Assembly (NCBI RefSeq): GCF_006345805.1
Contig: NC_043003.1
Location: forward strand, 117,428,001-117,492,000
Reading direction: 5' to 3'
Source: Octopus sinensis
Taxonomy: Eukaryota
DNA length: 64,000 nt
In this document: positions 26,570 through 40,497 of the stretch, piece by piece
Numbering within the stretch: position 1 is the stretch's first letter
How the letters are laid out: each line of letters opens with the position of its first letter
Notes under the pieces: generated by a model
Seen by the model: only the letters and a program-made list of their open reading frames with translations
Databases searched by the model: none
Told to the model about the DNA's origin: nothing
Made by a program: the position numbers and the translations under genes

Positions 26570-27840
26570 AGGGAAAGTGTGAGTGGGTGATTGAAGGAGG
26601 GAGTGAGTGAGTGAGTAAGTGAGTGGAGGACAGAGTGAGTGAGAGAGTGAGCGAGCGAGTGAGTAGGGAGAGAGTGAGCGAGTGAGTGGGGGAGAGAGTG
26701 AGCGAGTGAGCGAGCGAGTAAGTGAGTGAGTGAGTGAGTGGGGGAGAGAGTGAGCGAGTGAGCGAGCGAGTGAGTGAGTGAGTGAGTGAGTGAGTGAGTG
26801 AGTGAGTAAGTGAGTGAGTGAGTGAGTGGGGGAGAGAGTGAGTGAGTGAGTGGGGGAGTGAGTGAGCAAGCGAGTAAGCGAGTGAGTGAGTGAGTGAGTG
26901 AGTGAGTGAGTGGGGGAGAGAGTGAGTGAGTGAGTGGGGGAGTGAGTGAGTGAGTGAGTGGGGGAGTGAGTGAGCAAGCGAGTAAGCGAGTGAATGAGTG
27001 AGTGAGTGAGTGAGTGAGTGAGTGAGCGAGTGAGTGAGTGAATGAGTGAGTGAGTGAGTGAGTGAGTGAGTGAGTGATAGATTGATCGAGTGAGTGAGTG
27101 AGTGAGCGAGTGAGTGAGTGAGTGAGTGAGTGAGTGAGTGAGTGTGTGAGTGAGTGAGTGAGTGGGGGAGAGAGTGAGCGAGTGAGTGGGGGAGTGAGTG
27201 AGCAAGTGAGTAAGCGAGTGAATGAGTGAGTGAGTGAGTGAGTGAGTGAGTGAGTGAGCAAGCGAGTAAGCGAGTGAATGAGTGAGTGAGTGAGTGAGTG
27301 AGTGAGTGAGCGAGCGAGTGAGTGAGTGAATGAGTGAGTGAGTGAGTGAGTGAGTGAGTGAGTGAGTGAGTGGGCGAGAGAGTGAGTGAGTGAGTGAGTG
27401 AGTGAGTGATAGATTGATCGAGTGAGTGAGTGAGTGAGTGTGTGAGTGAGTGAGTGAGTGGGGGAGAGAGTGAGCGAGTGAGTGAGCGAGTGAGTAAGTG
27501 AGTGAGTGAGTGAGTGAGTGAGTGAGTGAGTGAGAGTGAGTGAGTGAGTGAGTAAGTAAGTGAGTGAGTAAGTGAGAGAGTGAGCGAGCGAGTGAGTGAG
27601 AGAGTGAGTGAGTGAGAGAGTAAGTGAGTGAGTGAGTGACTGACTGACTGACTGAGTGAGTGAGTGAGTGAGTGAGTGATTGAGTGAGTGAGTGAATGAG
27701 TGAGTGAGAGAGTAAGTGAGTAAGTAAGTGAGTGAGTGAGTGAGCGAACGAGTGAGTGAGCGAGCGAGTGAGTGAGGGAGTGAGTGAGTGAATGAGTGAG
27801 CGACTGAGTGAGCGAGCGAGTGAGTGAATGAGTGAGTGAG
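26570..27840. repeat. ~1.3-kb degenerate (GAGT)n satellite
   Basis: Seen directly; internal higher-order repeats such as gtgatagattgatcgag at ~27074 and ~27407. Confidence 0.95.
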
Positions 27841-28559
27841 GGGAGGGAAAGAGAGAGAAGCGAATACGTGAATGTTTAAGACTGAGCGAGTAAATACGAA
27901 TCGATTTGAGTGATCGAATTTTTGTGAATAAAGAAGTGATTGAGTGAGCGATTGTACAGAAAGGATTGAGTGAATGTGATATTAAATGAAGGAAATTGTG
28001 AAAGAAACGAAAGTGAATGAGAACATGAAGGAGTTGAGAGAATAAGTTTAAGAATGATCTAACTAACTAAACGAGTGTGGTGTGATTGAATTGAATCAGT
28101 GACGTATGAATGATGGCAGTCGAGTGAGAGAAGAAGAAGAATATTTAGTTGATTGATAACTGCGAGTAGCAAACAGGTCGAGGTGAGAATTTTTCGGTTT
28201 ACATTGGTTACGGGAGGAAAGCGAAGAAATGGCCATTAGAGCTGTAGGATAGATCTTACTAGGCAGTATTCGGTCTGGCTCGCTACGTTCGCCCTCATTT
28301 CAAATGCCGACAGAATCGGCTGGCATTTGTTATGTTTTGCTTATATAGTTCAATCAAACCACTTAGCACTTCCATACGCGACCTAATGCTCCGGAACAGC
28401 CATTACAGGAAACCACAGGAGCCGCCATTGCAAACGACAAAATGAAACATTTCTATCATTTCTTTATTATGATTAAAATATATTTGTTTCTTATATCGAT
28501 GTTATTATTATTATTGTTGGTTGTTTTTATTTTTAAGGTTAATGATGAAGATGATAATG

Positions 28560-28990
28560 TTGGTAGTGGTGGGGTGGGCGTTGGTGGTCGTGGTGGTCGT
28601 CGTCATGGTGATCGTGGAGGTGGTGGTTGTCGTCATGGTTGCGGTGAGTGGCGGCTGCAGTGGCGGCGGCGGTGGTGGCGGTGGCGGCGGCGGCGGCGGT
28701 GGAGGTGGTGGTTGTTTTGGCGGTGGTGGTGTTGGTGGTGGTAATGGCGGCGGTGGTGATGGTGGTAGTGGTTTTGGTGGCGGTAGTGATGGTGGTGGTC
28801 GTGGTGATGGTAATGACGGTGGTGGTGGCGGAGGTGGCGGTGGTGGTGGTGGTGGTGGTGGTGGTGTTAGTAGGTGGTGCTGCTGGTGCTGGCGCTGGTG
28901 TTTGTGGTGATGGCGGTGGTGGTGGTGGTGGTGGTGGTGGTGGTAGTGCTGCTGCTGCCACTGCTGCTGCTGCTGGTGCTGTTGCTGTTT
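28560..28990. repeat. GC-rich degenerate trinucleotide tract (GGT/GGC/GCT)
   Basis: Seen directly; source of the poly-P, poly-G and poly-V ORFs. Confidence 0.9.
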
Positions 28991-29381
28991 AACCCCAGGA
29001 CGAATTTCATCACACTGAACTATGAAACAAAGAATTCCGGCTCTGATGATTCCATTTTTGAGAGTATGCCTTATCAACATTAACTAAACAATCTAGTACT
29101 TATGTAGTACGATAAGGTGCCATATGAGGAAGATTTAGTTGCTATTTCTTGCAAGCCTAGAGGTCCCTCTTTGGCCCTTTGCAAATGACGCTGACGTTCT
29201 TGTTGTTGATGCTGTTGTTCTTGTTCTTATTCTTCTTAGCCCAATGTCAGATCTTATCGATCATTCAAACGACGGCCATCCTATAACTTTTATATTATTT
29301 CTAAAATAATGCACCTCAGATTTGATTCTACAGCATTCTGCTCACAAAATACTGCGTGATCGTATTCATTATCATTATTAC

Positions 29382-29438
<57 letters not shown>

Positions 29439-29442
29439 CATT

Positions 29443-30000
29443 GAGTGAGAGAGCCGTACATGCCATCAAAGTGACACTGGGGTAAAATATACGAAGCCCC
29501 GTATATCCATCATGACTACCCGTCTGATAAGGGTACACCAGGCACATGCATCACAACCATATGTGCATGACATGGTGATCTCATATCAAGATAAACAGCA
29601 CATGACCTTGCAGGTGGGGCCCAGTTAGAATTTTCTTCTGGTCGAGTAACCCATCCCGCTCAAAAGGTGCCTGAATAAAGGTTGTTTAAGGATGTTGAAC
29701 GAAACACCCATGTTTCCAGACATGAATTATTCAAACCCCAAAAGAATCCCTCTCAACACATGGCTATGATGCTCCGCAACTACTTCTGCTCGTGATCAGA
29801 GATGCACATATCGTCGGCCACTAAGGGACATGCTCAACTGGTTATGGTCAAACAACTGACAAGCAAATCTTTGGTATTGAGCAGAATATTTGCTGCTGAA
29901 ACCCATCTTTTATACCAAGACAAAACAATGTACATGATAACACTTCCAATCAGTTAAGATCGGAAGCCATGAGAGCCACTGTCTGGTACTGCATCAGGGC

Positions 30001-30002
<2 letters not shown>
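29443..30002. mobile_element. Family D element, full length, in (TTA)n
   Basis: gagtgagagagc...gcatcagggcat with (TTA)n on both flanks. Confidence 0.9.
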
Positions 30003-30046
<44 letters not shown>

Positions 30047-30129
30047 GTTATTATTATTATTATTATTATTATCATTATTATTATTATTATTGTTGTTGTT
30101 GTGGTTATTATCATTATTATTACTACTAC

Positions 30130-30214
<85 letters not shown>

Positions 30215-30579
30215 ATAGACGTCACACAATATACCATATCGTGAGGTTGTTGATTGAAGATATTGTATTTACCAGGGGTTTGTACTGTTTGTCAAGTCAC
30301 AACAAGGACACAATTTCCCTTGCCTCAGACAGTTAAAGAGAAATATGTTCAGAGAGAGAGAGAGAAGTGAGGAGATTGAGAGAAGCCTTAAAGTGTCTGC
30401 TGTCAAATAAGTCAACGTCGAATCAGCGCCGCCAAAATAGCTGCGTCAAAATGCCTCAAACCCAGTTACAAAGCATCGAAGTACTTCATATTTATTTTTG
30501 AGAAACACTAAGAACGATGGGTACTACTAAGCTTCTTCTTTTTTTCTGTATCCCTGTCCCGTAAAATTCTGTTGACTGT

Positions 30580-30893
30580 TGTTTGAGCCACTTCTTCACT
30601 ACAGTTTTCACTTCTTTGTCATCAGATTTAGCGCCTTCAGACTATCATATCTTCGGCCCCATGAAAGAGGGTTTGAAAGGCAAACATTATTCCAGTGACG
30701 AATTTTACAGGGCAGGGATAATACTCTCATTCGAAGGTGGAACATTGCTATTGAGAGAAACGGTAACTATGTTGAGAAGTAGGGATGTGATCCACAGAGA
30801 ACCAGCTTTATTTTCATGTATGATACATGTTCCTGTGCTGGTAATTATACCTGGCCTAAACAAAATAGTATTACTTTTTGACTCACCCTCCTA
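30580..30893 (+). pseudogene. Mariner 3' remnant with TIR
   Basis: SDLAPSDYHIFGPMKEGLKGKHYSSDE, then RRWNIAIERNGNYVEK*; TIR-like actttttgactcaccctccta at 30873-30893. Confidence 0.8.
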
Positions 30894-31616
30894 TATGATA
30901 TCCAATGTGGTTCAGCCTCACAAAGTAGGTGTCTTTCAGTGAAATACAGTTTATTTTAAGCTGGAATATTCAAAGATGATTCGTTTTCACCTCTTCTGTT
31001 CTAAATGTTTCTTACCATTAAAGTACAACTCTATATTGGACAGAGAGTAGTTGCATGACTTAGGCGCCGCCAAGGTCGCCTACATGTTCTATATGGATTA
31101 TATAAAATTGTGTTAAATCTGTGACAAAGCTGTAAAAACGTCTCTCAACTGCAAAACTACATCTGTGCCAATCGTATTAAGTTTGGATTTAAAATATCTT
31201 CCAAATTCATTTTCAAGGGAGGCAGAATCATAAAGTTGGTAAGCACTGGCAATGAACTTCCCAGGTATTGAAGGAACTAGAAACAAACATGGTAGGCATC
31301 TTAGGTTAAACAAAGGCAAGAAGCTTCTGCACAGGAAAATCAAAGAAAATCTAATCGAAGACAGATTGGTTTTTTTTTTTCATTCTCGTGGTTAAATGGC
31401 CCCAATGATCAGCAACTGTGATGATCGTAGAAGACAAACTCTGATTTGTTGACTTTTAACTCTGGTTTGAACATAGCAACGAAAACCGTGACACTCGCGT
31501 TCCAAAAGCAAACCTTTGCCAGATGATTCATCGAAAGGAAGATCCATAATTCTTACAACAGAGAAGACAACTGTCTCCGAAGTGATATGTTTTCTAAAAT
31601 GCGGTACCACATTGTT

Positions 31617-31750
31617 GGAAGCACTCCGTCGGTTACGACGACGAGGGTTCCGGTTGATCCGAATCAACGGAACAGCCTGCTCGTGAAATTAACGTGTAAG
31701 TGGCTGAGCACTCCACAGACACGTGCACCCTTAACGTAGTTCTCGGGGAT
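31617..31750 (-). mobile_element. SINE A 3' fragment
   Basis: Reverse complement of the A 3' domain. Confidence 0.8.
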
Positions 31751-33062
31751 ACTATCATTACTATCTCGTGTCCTAACATTGAAAGGGCTGGTTACCTGGT
31801 TTCTTAGATGTATAAGGGACCAAGATCACATTCCCTGCAGAACAGGGCGTCAGTCCATTGCAGGGGAATTGAACAACGTGAAGTGCTTTGCTCAGTGCAA
31901 GTCCGGTCTGTCCGGTCTGTCCGGTCTGAGAATTGAAACCAGGATCGTGTGATTGTGATTGCAACACACTAACAACTAAGCCACACACACCCCACCCGAT
32001 CCTGACTGAATCAACAGGCGAAAATGGCGCACATAAAAGTAAGACAATAACACTAAATGAAAGAGAAAATAAATTAGAGACAATGATTGTTAATAGACAC
32101 AATACAATAGATTGTTAGAAAGAGATGTTGTTGATTAATTTGACCCCAGCATTGAACTGGTATTCATTTCATAAACTCTAATCTAGAATGAGGAAAGGCA
32201 AAGTTAGTTAATTCCGGTGGAATATGAAAATATAATTTTACTTCACTAAAAATGTTGCAGCAATAAATAAACTATTTTTAATAAAAACAGAGAAACTATT
32301 TTTAATAAAAACATATGTTATATCGTAGCAATGTGTTAGAATAATGTAGTTTCACAAATTTTCCTTTATTTAATCAGAATTTATCTTTGAAAAAGATTAT
32401 GATTGATATTGATATCATTAGCCGCGAGCAGAATTTTATTGCAAAATATTGTTTGTTTACGCCAAGTTCATTCGTTTCTGTTACTCTATCTTCATCGTTT
32501 GTGAGATAAATAGCAACTCTTGAGCTCGGAGAAACTTCTAACCTTTTCGAAAGAACTAGACATAATTAATTAAACCAATATAATTAATTTAATTAATTAA
32601 GTTGTATATCAGGTTTAGTGGCAACGCACTTCAAGTGATCTATGGGATCAAAAATTTAAATACGGAAGCAACATGGCGATAGAAGTTAACCGGGCGAAGA
32701 AAAACAGTGAAGTAGAAATTGTTAGTCTGCCGCTAAGTCAAAAAATTAATTAAAAATAAATATGAGAGACAAAAATACAACAAAACCGAGTACTTAGAGG
32801 TTACAAAAGCCTTGTTTTACTTGGCAAATGAAATCCCTCGAGCAACAAAACAGAATAAACTTATCAAATCTGGTGAAGTGAAAAATACGTCCCAATCCTC
32901 GTCTATAAATAAACAACATGAAATTATCGAACGTATGAGAGGATATTTTTAAAATAACACCCGATTAACCTTAGCTGGAGAGAAAAAACATCAAAACAGA
33001 AATACAGCGGTTAGTTAATAATAGTAACAATAACAACAACAACAACAACAACGACGACGACG

Positions 33063-33120
<58 letters not shown>

Positions 33121-33147
33121 TAATAATAATAATAACAATAATAATAT

Positions 33148-33852
33148 ATGTACATAGTTTTGTCTTGGTATAAAAGATGGGATACAGCAAATATTCTGCT
33201 CAATACCACAGATTTGCTTGTCAGTTGTTTGACCTTAACCAGTTGAGCATGTCCCTTTGTGGCTGACGATATGTGCATCTCTGATCACAAAGCCATGTGT
33301 TAAGGGGGATTCTTTGGGGTTTGAATAATTCACCTCTGGAAACATGGGCGTTTCGTTCAACATCCTTAAACAACCCTTATTCAGGGACCTTTTGAGCGGG
33401 ATGGGCTACTCGACCAGAAGAAAATTCTAACTGGCCCCCACCTGCAAGGTCATGCGCTGTTTATCTTGATATGAGATCCTCATGTCGTGCACATATGGTT
33501 GTGATTTATGTGCCTGGTGTACCCTTATCGGACGGGTAATCATGATGGGTATACTGGGCTTCGAGCGAGCAGAAACGTTAGCACGCCGGGCGAAATGCTT
33601 AGCGATATTTCGTCTGCGTTACGTTGTGAGTTCAAATTCCGCCGAGGTCGACTTTGCCTTTCATCCTTTCGGGGTCGATAAATTAAGTACCAGTTACGCA
33701 CTGGGGTCGATGTAATCGACTTAATACCTATGTCTGTCCTTGTTTGTCCCCTCTGTGTTTAGCCCCTTGTGGGTAATAAAGAAATAGGTATACTGGGCTT
33801 CGTATATTTTACCTCAATTACACTTTGATGGCAGGCACTGCTCTCTCACTCA
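33148..33852. mobile_element. Family D element, opposite orientation, in (TAA)n, interrupted by SINE C
   Basis: Reverse complement of D with (TAA)n flanks. Confidence 0.85.
33563..33786 (+). mobile_element. SINE family C, tail type 1
   Basis: Head gcagaaacgttagcacgccgggcgaaatgc..gagttcaaattcc; 15-bp TSD ggtatactgggcttc (33548-33562/33787-33801). Confidence 0.85.
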
Positions 33853-33854
33853 AT

Positions 33855-33856
33855 TG

Positions 33857-33922
<66 letters not shown>

Positions 33923-33987
33923 TAATAATAATCTCTGGGTGAGACTTGGAGCCAACTTGTACAGACATAAAGCAAAAGTCAAACATA

Positions 33988-34025
<38 letters not shown>

Positions 34026-34034
34026 TAATAATAA

Positions 34035-34065
<31 letters not shown>

Positions 34066-34131
34066 AAGAAGAAGAAGAAGAAGAAGAAGAAGAAGAAGAA
34101 GAAGAAGAAGAAGAAGAAGAAGAAGAAGAAG
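33855..34131. repeat. (TAA)n then (GAA)n microsatellite with a ~70-bp unique island
   Basis: Seen directly. Confidence 0.9.
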
Positions 34132-36361
34132 AATTTCTTTAATTAGACACAGGAGCATAGGTTAGGAGAGACATCGCAAAGACAGACAGCAATTTGTGTG
34201 CGAAGTTACATTCAGGATGGCGGGAGAGAATTGGAAAAGATAAGGAAACGCTTCAACAGGTAACGTGAACGATGTAGTCCTCCTTATTCAGAAAAAAACT
34301 CTAGTACCAATGAAGGAACTCTACAGATCTAGGATTACCCTGACCAACCCGTTCCCATACTCTCCAATCTACTGGTGCTTACTTAAAGTAAAACCATTCA
34401 CTCTAACCATTTTAGAAATTCACCGGAAGGTGGCAGCACTTTCCTCTCTACCCTCGCTTTTCCTTCCAAGTGGAACTTTAAAACGTCTTGTGAGTTTTAC
34501 GGAAGAGCAAAGAGTCTTTTTTTGATCCTTTCAGCTTCGTCCACCATATTTAAACCTCTTTCGCCATATGACTCCTCAGGGTCGAGACATAAACACACAC
34601 GCACACATGTGTGCGTGTTGGATGGTGGAGATGCGTGGCTTAGTGGTTAGGGTGTTGTTCTCATGATTGTAATATTCCAGGCCCGGATGATGTGTTGCGT
34701 TCTTGAGCAAAATATTTCATTTTACTTTACCCCAGTCCACTCAGCTGCTAACATTAGCAATACTGCGACGTACCTGTGTCCCGTCCAATGGGAAATGGAG
34801 AACATACACCCCACAGAATCCGAGAACCATCCTCATGAGCCGGTGGCTCAGAAAGGGTCTTTCATCCATTTACATACATACATATATGAGCGAGTATATG
34901 TATGTGTATCCCCAGAAACAAACCGAAGAGACGTTGTGTCTAAGACCCCCAAACAAGATGAAGTAAGATTGTCTGGAAATAAACATCAGTCTAAACATGT
35001 TCTGCAACTCTGAAAACAAAGCAACGACAGCTCCTTTGTCTACTGACTTGGTCTACTGGACACAGTAGTCAAAACAGTAGTCAAAATCCCACGAAAAAAT
35101 AAAGCTTACATTGAACACGTCTGTTCTACATAGAAACTAAGTCTAAAAGCAAACACTTGGAAGTCAAGGCTGCTACAAATTCGGCTAAGTACCAGGTTTA
35201 AAAGAAAAAATTCATTCGACGAAAGATACTTCAAGGCGTGCCCCAGCATGGCCGCAGTCTAAAGTAAAAGATAAAAGATAAAATACTTTTAAGATGATGA
35301 GAGGTAATTACGTAAAATTACAGTGAAAGAAGGCTCGAAACGGGGCGTCAATTGATGAAGATCTGGCAATAATGTGAGAAATATAAATTGAATATAAAGA
35401 CGTTTGTTAAGAAAGAAAACAAGGCATAATAGATTTAAAATTAAGGATGAAGAATTGTTCATAAAAATATATAAATAATATAAAAATTCAGTAATAAAGA
35501 GGAAAATAGCAAACGCTTGAAGCAAAAATTTATAGAGAATTAAACAAGAGCGTCATAAGTATAGAAAGCCTGTAGGCAAGTAGGAAGTGTTTGGAATAAA
35601 TATTGAATTTTAAAATAAAAATTGTAAGAAAATTAAATAATCAGCGAAAGGAAAGAAAATCGAGCCAGAAAAATGGTCAGATATTAGAGTGGAAGATATA
35701 ATCGATTCTAATATTAAAAGGCAACAGAAAGTCAGCTAGAATAGACAAAATCCCAACTCACCAAGCAAAACATCTTCATGTCATATGCACGCACATAGCA
35801 GAATATTTTCATAAATAAAATAACAAGATTTCGACGCAGCAAATAACAGGATGGATAAAATGTTTTGAAGTGGAGTAGCCATTTAAACATGTTAAGATAC
35901 ACATGACTAGCAAAGTTATGCAAGTGTTCTTTTCTTCTAGAAGGTATTGGCGTCAGCACTAATCAAGTAGATATATATTAGCAGTTATTTCAAAGGCAAG
36001 TGTCTGTCTTAAGGACAAAGGAAGGGGAGAAAAGGTTTTTACGGCCTTGAATGAAATCCAAAGCAAAAACGTAAACGATAAGGATTAAACTGTGATATAT
36101 ACTCCATCAGTGAGGACATCTTTCATGGCAGATAATCTTGTTTCAAATATCGGTAGAAGGCCAGCGATTTCGGGAGTGGGGGTTAGGTCGATTATATTGA
36201 CCCCAGTACTCAACTGGTACTTATCTTATCGACCCTGAAAAAATGAAAAGCAAAGTCGATCCCAGTGGAATTTAAACTCAGAACGTAAGGACATACGAAA
36301 TGTCGCTAAACATTTTGCACGGCGTGCTGATGATTCTACCAGCTCGCCTCCTTAACGGAAA

Positions 36362-37320
36362 ATAATACTCTTTTCTACTCTAGGCACAAGGCCCGAAATT
36401 TTGGGGAGAGGAAGCCAGTCGATTAGATCGACCCCAGTACGCAACTGGTACTTAATTTATCGACCCCGAAAGGATGAAAGGCAAAGTAGACCTCGACCGA
36501 ATTTGATCTCAGAACGAAAAGACAGACGAAATACCTATTTCTTTACTACCCACAAGGGGCTAAACATAGAGGGGACAAACAAGGACAGACAAACGGATTA
36601 AGTCGATTATATCGACCCCAGTGCGTAACTAGTACTTAAGTTATCAACCCCGAAAGGATGAAAGGCAAAGTCGACCTCGACCGAATTTGATCTCAGAACG
36701 AAAAGACAGACGAAATACCTATTTCTTTACTACCCACAAGGGGCTAAACATAGAGGGGACAAACAAGGACAGACAAACGGATTAAGTCGATTATATCGAC
36801 CCCAGTGCGTAACTAGTACTTAAGTTATCAACCCCGAAAGGATGAAAGGCAAAGTAGACCTCGACCGAATTTGATCTCAGAACGAAAAGACAGACGAAAT
36901 ACCTATTTCTTTACTACCCACAAGGGGCTAAACATAGAGGGGACAAACAAGGACAGACAAACGGATTAAGTCGATTATATCGACCCCAGTGCGTAACTAG
37001 TACTTAAGTTATCAACCCCGAAAGGATGAAAGGCAAAGTCGACCTCGACCGAATTTGAACTCAGAACGTAAAGACAGACGAAATACCTATTTCTTTACTA
37101 CCCACAAGGGGCTAAACACAGAGGGGACAAACAAGGACAGACAAACGGATTAAGTCGATTATATCGACCCCAGTGCGTAACTAGTACTTAAGTTATCAAC
37201 CCTGAAAGGATGAAAGGCAAAGTCGACCTAGGCGGAATTTGAACACAGAACGTAGCGGCAGACGAAATACTGCTACGCGTTTCGCCCGACATACTAATGA
37301 CTCTGCCAGCTCGCCGCTTT
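36362..37320 (-). repeat. Tandem array of SINE C, 184-bp period, about 5 units, single head
   Basis: The atacct marker recurs at 36531, 36715, 36899 and 37083; head at ~37320; last unit ends in tail type 2. Confidence 0.9.
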
Positions 37321-38946
37321 AAAGGCAAATAATATTAAATGACTAAAGTGGGCGAGTCATACAGACACAATTTGCTTTAGAAATGCAATATCCCTGAATG
37401 AATGATTCCACTTCTATTCTAAATGATTGGTACTCAATAAACCACAGCTCTAGATTATAAAGGAGCGGCCCAAAGGTTTATTTATGGCCATGATTTGCTA
37501 TTTGCTGTCCTATGCAGAATATCAAATTGTATACCAGTACATAGACATGAAAATTATTTCTAAACTATTAATTTTTTTTTTTTTCATCACATCATCAACC
37601 CCTAGATATTATTGTCTCCAGTTCTCAGACTTAAAATGGCCGCTAGCTCGGATTCTATGGCTTGTAAGTAACAGAAATCACAAAATGCTTACTGGACGGG
37701 GCGCCAGACTGCCGCAGAGTCATTCATTTACAGCTGAATGAACCAGAACAACGTGAAATGAGATGTTTTACTCAACAACACAACTCACCGCAGGTTTCGG
37801 GAATCGAAGCCACGATCATGAGAATGTGAGTGAAGTACCGTGACCACTCGGCCACGCGCCTCCATTTCATTACTCCGACATTTGTATCCGCCCCACATTC
37901 GCCATCAATAAACTGTTGCAGAGAAATCAACGGTTGATACAAAGAAAGATTACGGTATGTATGCATTGGTATCTGGGAATCAAAATTAAACCAAAAAGTT
38001 ATCAGAGTCATTGGTGAAACTTAACTCAAAAATATCACTGGTTAACTATAATGGTTCTCCACCGGTTGCGATGACGAGCGTTCCGGTTGATTCACGAAAT
38101 TATCATGCAAATGGCTGATTACGCGTGCCCTTAAAGTTGTTCTCATAGAGACACAGCGTGACACAGCGTGACACAGCGTGACACAGCGTGACACAGCGTG
38201 TGACAAGGCTGGCCCGTTCAAATACAGGTACTACTCACTTTTGTCAGTTGAGGGGACTGGAGCGATACGAAATAAAGTGTCTTGCTCAAGGACACAACAC
38301 GCTGTTGGGAATTGAACTCACAACTTTACGGTTGTGAGTCGAATACCCAAAGCATTAAGCCACGGTGCTTAGAGTGTAGACAACCCAGCAATATAATCGT
38401 CAATTTAATCTAAAGCTAAAAGATTCAAATCTATTCACAAAATTCGGGGAATTTCTTCAAAACGATGTGATTAAGGCGGTCTCCTTGCAACCGCGTAGGT
38501 TTCAGGTTCAGCCTCGCCGCACATCACCTCGGGCAAAGGACTTCTACTACGGTTCCCAGCTGACCAACGTCTTGTGAGGGAATTTGATAGACGGAAACAA
38601 TGTGGAAGTTCGTTGTATAGAATACATGTCTATGTATTGGAGTGTGTTTTTGCGAAGGCCGTAGAAGAACCAGATTTTACTGGGATGGTTTTGTTCGACT
38701 AAGTCCGTCAAAGCAGTGCACCAGTACGGCTGCAGTCTAATGACTGAAGTACATATACATATATAGACACACACACACACACACACGCACGCACACACTG
38801 ACATACATACATACATACATACATACATACATACATACATACATACATACATACACACACACATACATACATACATACATCATACATACATACATACTAC
38901 ATACATACATACATACATACATACATACATACATACATACATACAT

Positions 38947-39202
38947 TTAGGTTTTGTTAGTAAATGTTTCAAGAAGGATCTGGATAACCTAGGATTACCA
39001 GAAAGAGAATTTGACCGGCTAATTCGTACATTACAATTCCAATCTGTGAGTGGAAGAGTAAAAATGTGCAAGACTTTTCTCAAGTTCCAAATGTGAATTT
39101 GTCTGTGTTAACTACATCCCAAAGATGGAGCCTTGTATCTTTGTTGCAAACCAGCTCCCTCCTCAGTAGAAGATTTATAATAATTTAAAAAAAGAGAAGA
39201 GA
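38947..39202 (+). mobile_element. 5'-truncated RLE-type LINE fragment inside (CATA)n
   Basis: LGFVSKCFKKDLDNLGLPEREFDRLIRTLQFQSVSGRVKMCKTFLKFQM* (38947-39096), related to the 50281 fragment; (CATA)n on both sides. Confidence 0.7.
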
Positions 39203-40412
39203 CATACAACATACATACATACATACATACATACATACATACATACATACATACATCGTCGTTAAATCATAAATCCGAAAGAGAAGCACACTCTAAGTTT
39301 AGAGCGATAGAGTGATTAAAGATAGTCATGGCTGCTCTATGGGGATACCCTGGGTTTCACATCCATAAAGCGCTTAGCTTATATATCCCTAGATCTCTAG
39401 AAAGACTGAAATATTTCATTCGATACACAAAAGCGTAGATACCCTAAACACTCGTTCTACGCGACAGCATAAACACACTGTTGTGTTGTTTACACAACAC
39501 AAACTACATATCTAATTCTACAATTAAAAACATAGGAGAACGAAAGTACCAACGAATCGGGTGGGGAAGACACCTAGGTAACTAAAGTAATTCTGCGGAT
39601 AATTTTCAAGCGACTATTGCGACAAACACTGGCGATAACAAAGAATTCCAAATTTCTCAACTATTTCGTTCCTCTGAATAACTGTTCGTTCTTTACGAAA
39701 ACACAAATCTAGAGATACTTTATTGTTAGTAAAAAAAGGGGGCATCTGTGCAGCTTCATACACAGTAATTTGTACCAATCTATATTAAATAGAGAGATAT
39801 AATACGCATAACAAATTCTAATGATCTCCTACACTGAACCCTGAAACAGCTGTAAAGATCTACCTGCAATTTGTTTTCCATTACTTACGAGGTTATTACT
39901 GGTGACCCCATGCATAAGATTTGCCTATCTATGTTGAACCAACATATAGGGCCACTAGAATTTTACTTTATGTCATCAGTTACGTCACTGCATGGGTTTC
40001 CTGCATTTGTACCTGTCTACGCTGAATCAGTGTGAATTGTCACTTCTGGATTCTCTTGGTTTATTTCCGCTAAATTTATATATTTCTACACTCACTTCTG
40101 TGTAAATATCTAATCAATAATTTGGTGTGCTGCAACTGCTCATTCAAACTTTATTACCTGCATCAACTCGACTAGTGCATTGCTTGTAAGCAACTCTTAT
40201 CTTTGTGGTTCCCCTATCCCTTCGCCCAACGCCGGGTTTTAGGCTTACCATATATATCTGTTATATTATATCTTTTTGACATTGTCTTACCTATTGTTTA
40301 TGCATATATACACGCAAGTAAACATACATATATAAATATACATATATATACATATATATATGTGTGTGTGTGTATATATTTATATATGCATATGCATTAG
40401 CATGTGTGCATA

Positions 40413-40497
<85 letters not shown>

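Noticed and set aside
24275-27261. Long ORFs rich in YI/VC/THSL repeats
   Set aside because: Translations of (TA)n, (TG)n and (GAGT)n microsatellites.
28442-29083. Poly-Pro/Gly/His/Val ORFs
   Set aside because: Open in several frames on both strands because of a degenerate trinucleotide tract; no domain or splice evidence.
34210-34266. cag...GATGGCGGGAGA...ACAG/gtaacg micro-exon candidate
   Set aside because: No polypyrimidine tract and no partner exons; chance splice-like dinucleotides.
35320-35355. GGCTCGAAACG...GTC motif
   Set aside because: No CUGANGA core or stem II partner.
36531-37266. Regular repeat array as CRISPR or retrozyme
   Set aside because: No unique spacers, eukaryotic context, and no CUGANGA/GAAA hammerhead core found in the 184-bp unit on either strand.
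38151-38200. (acacagcgtg)x5
   Set aside because: Simple local slippage inside a degenerate SINE A-related copy.
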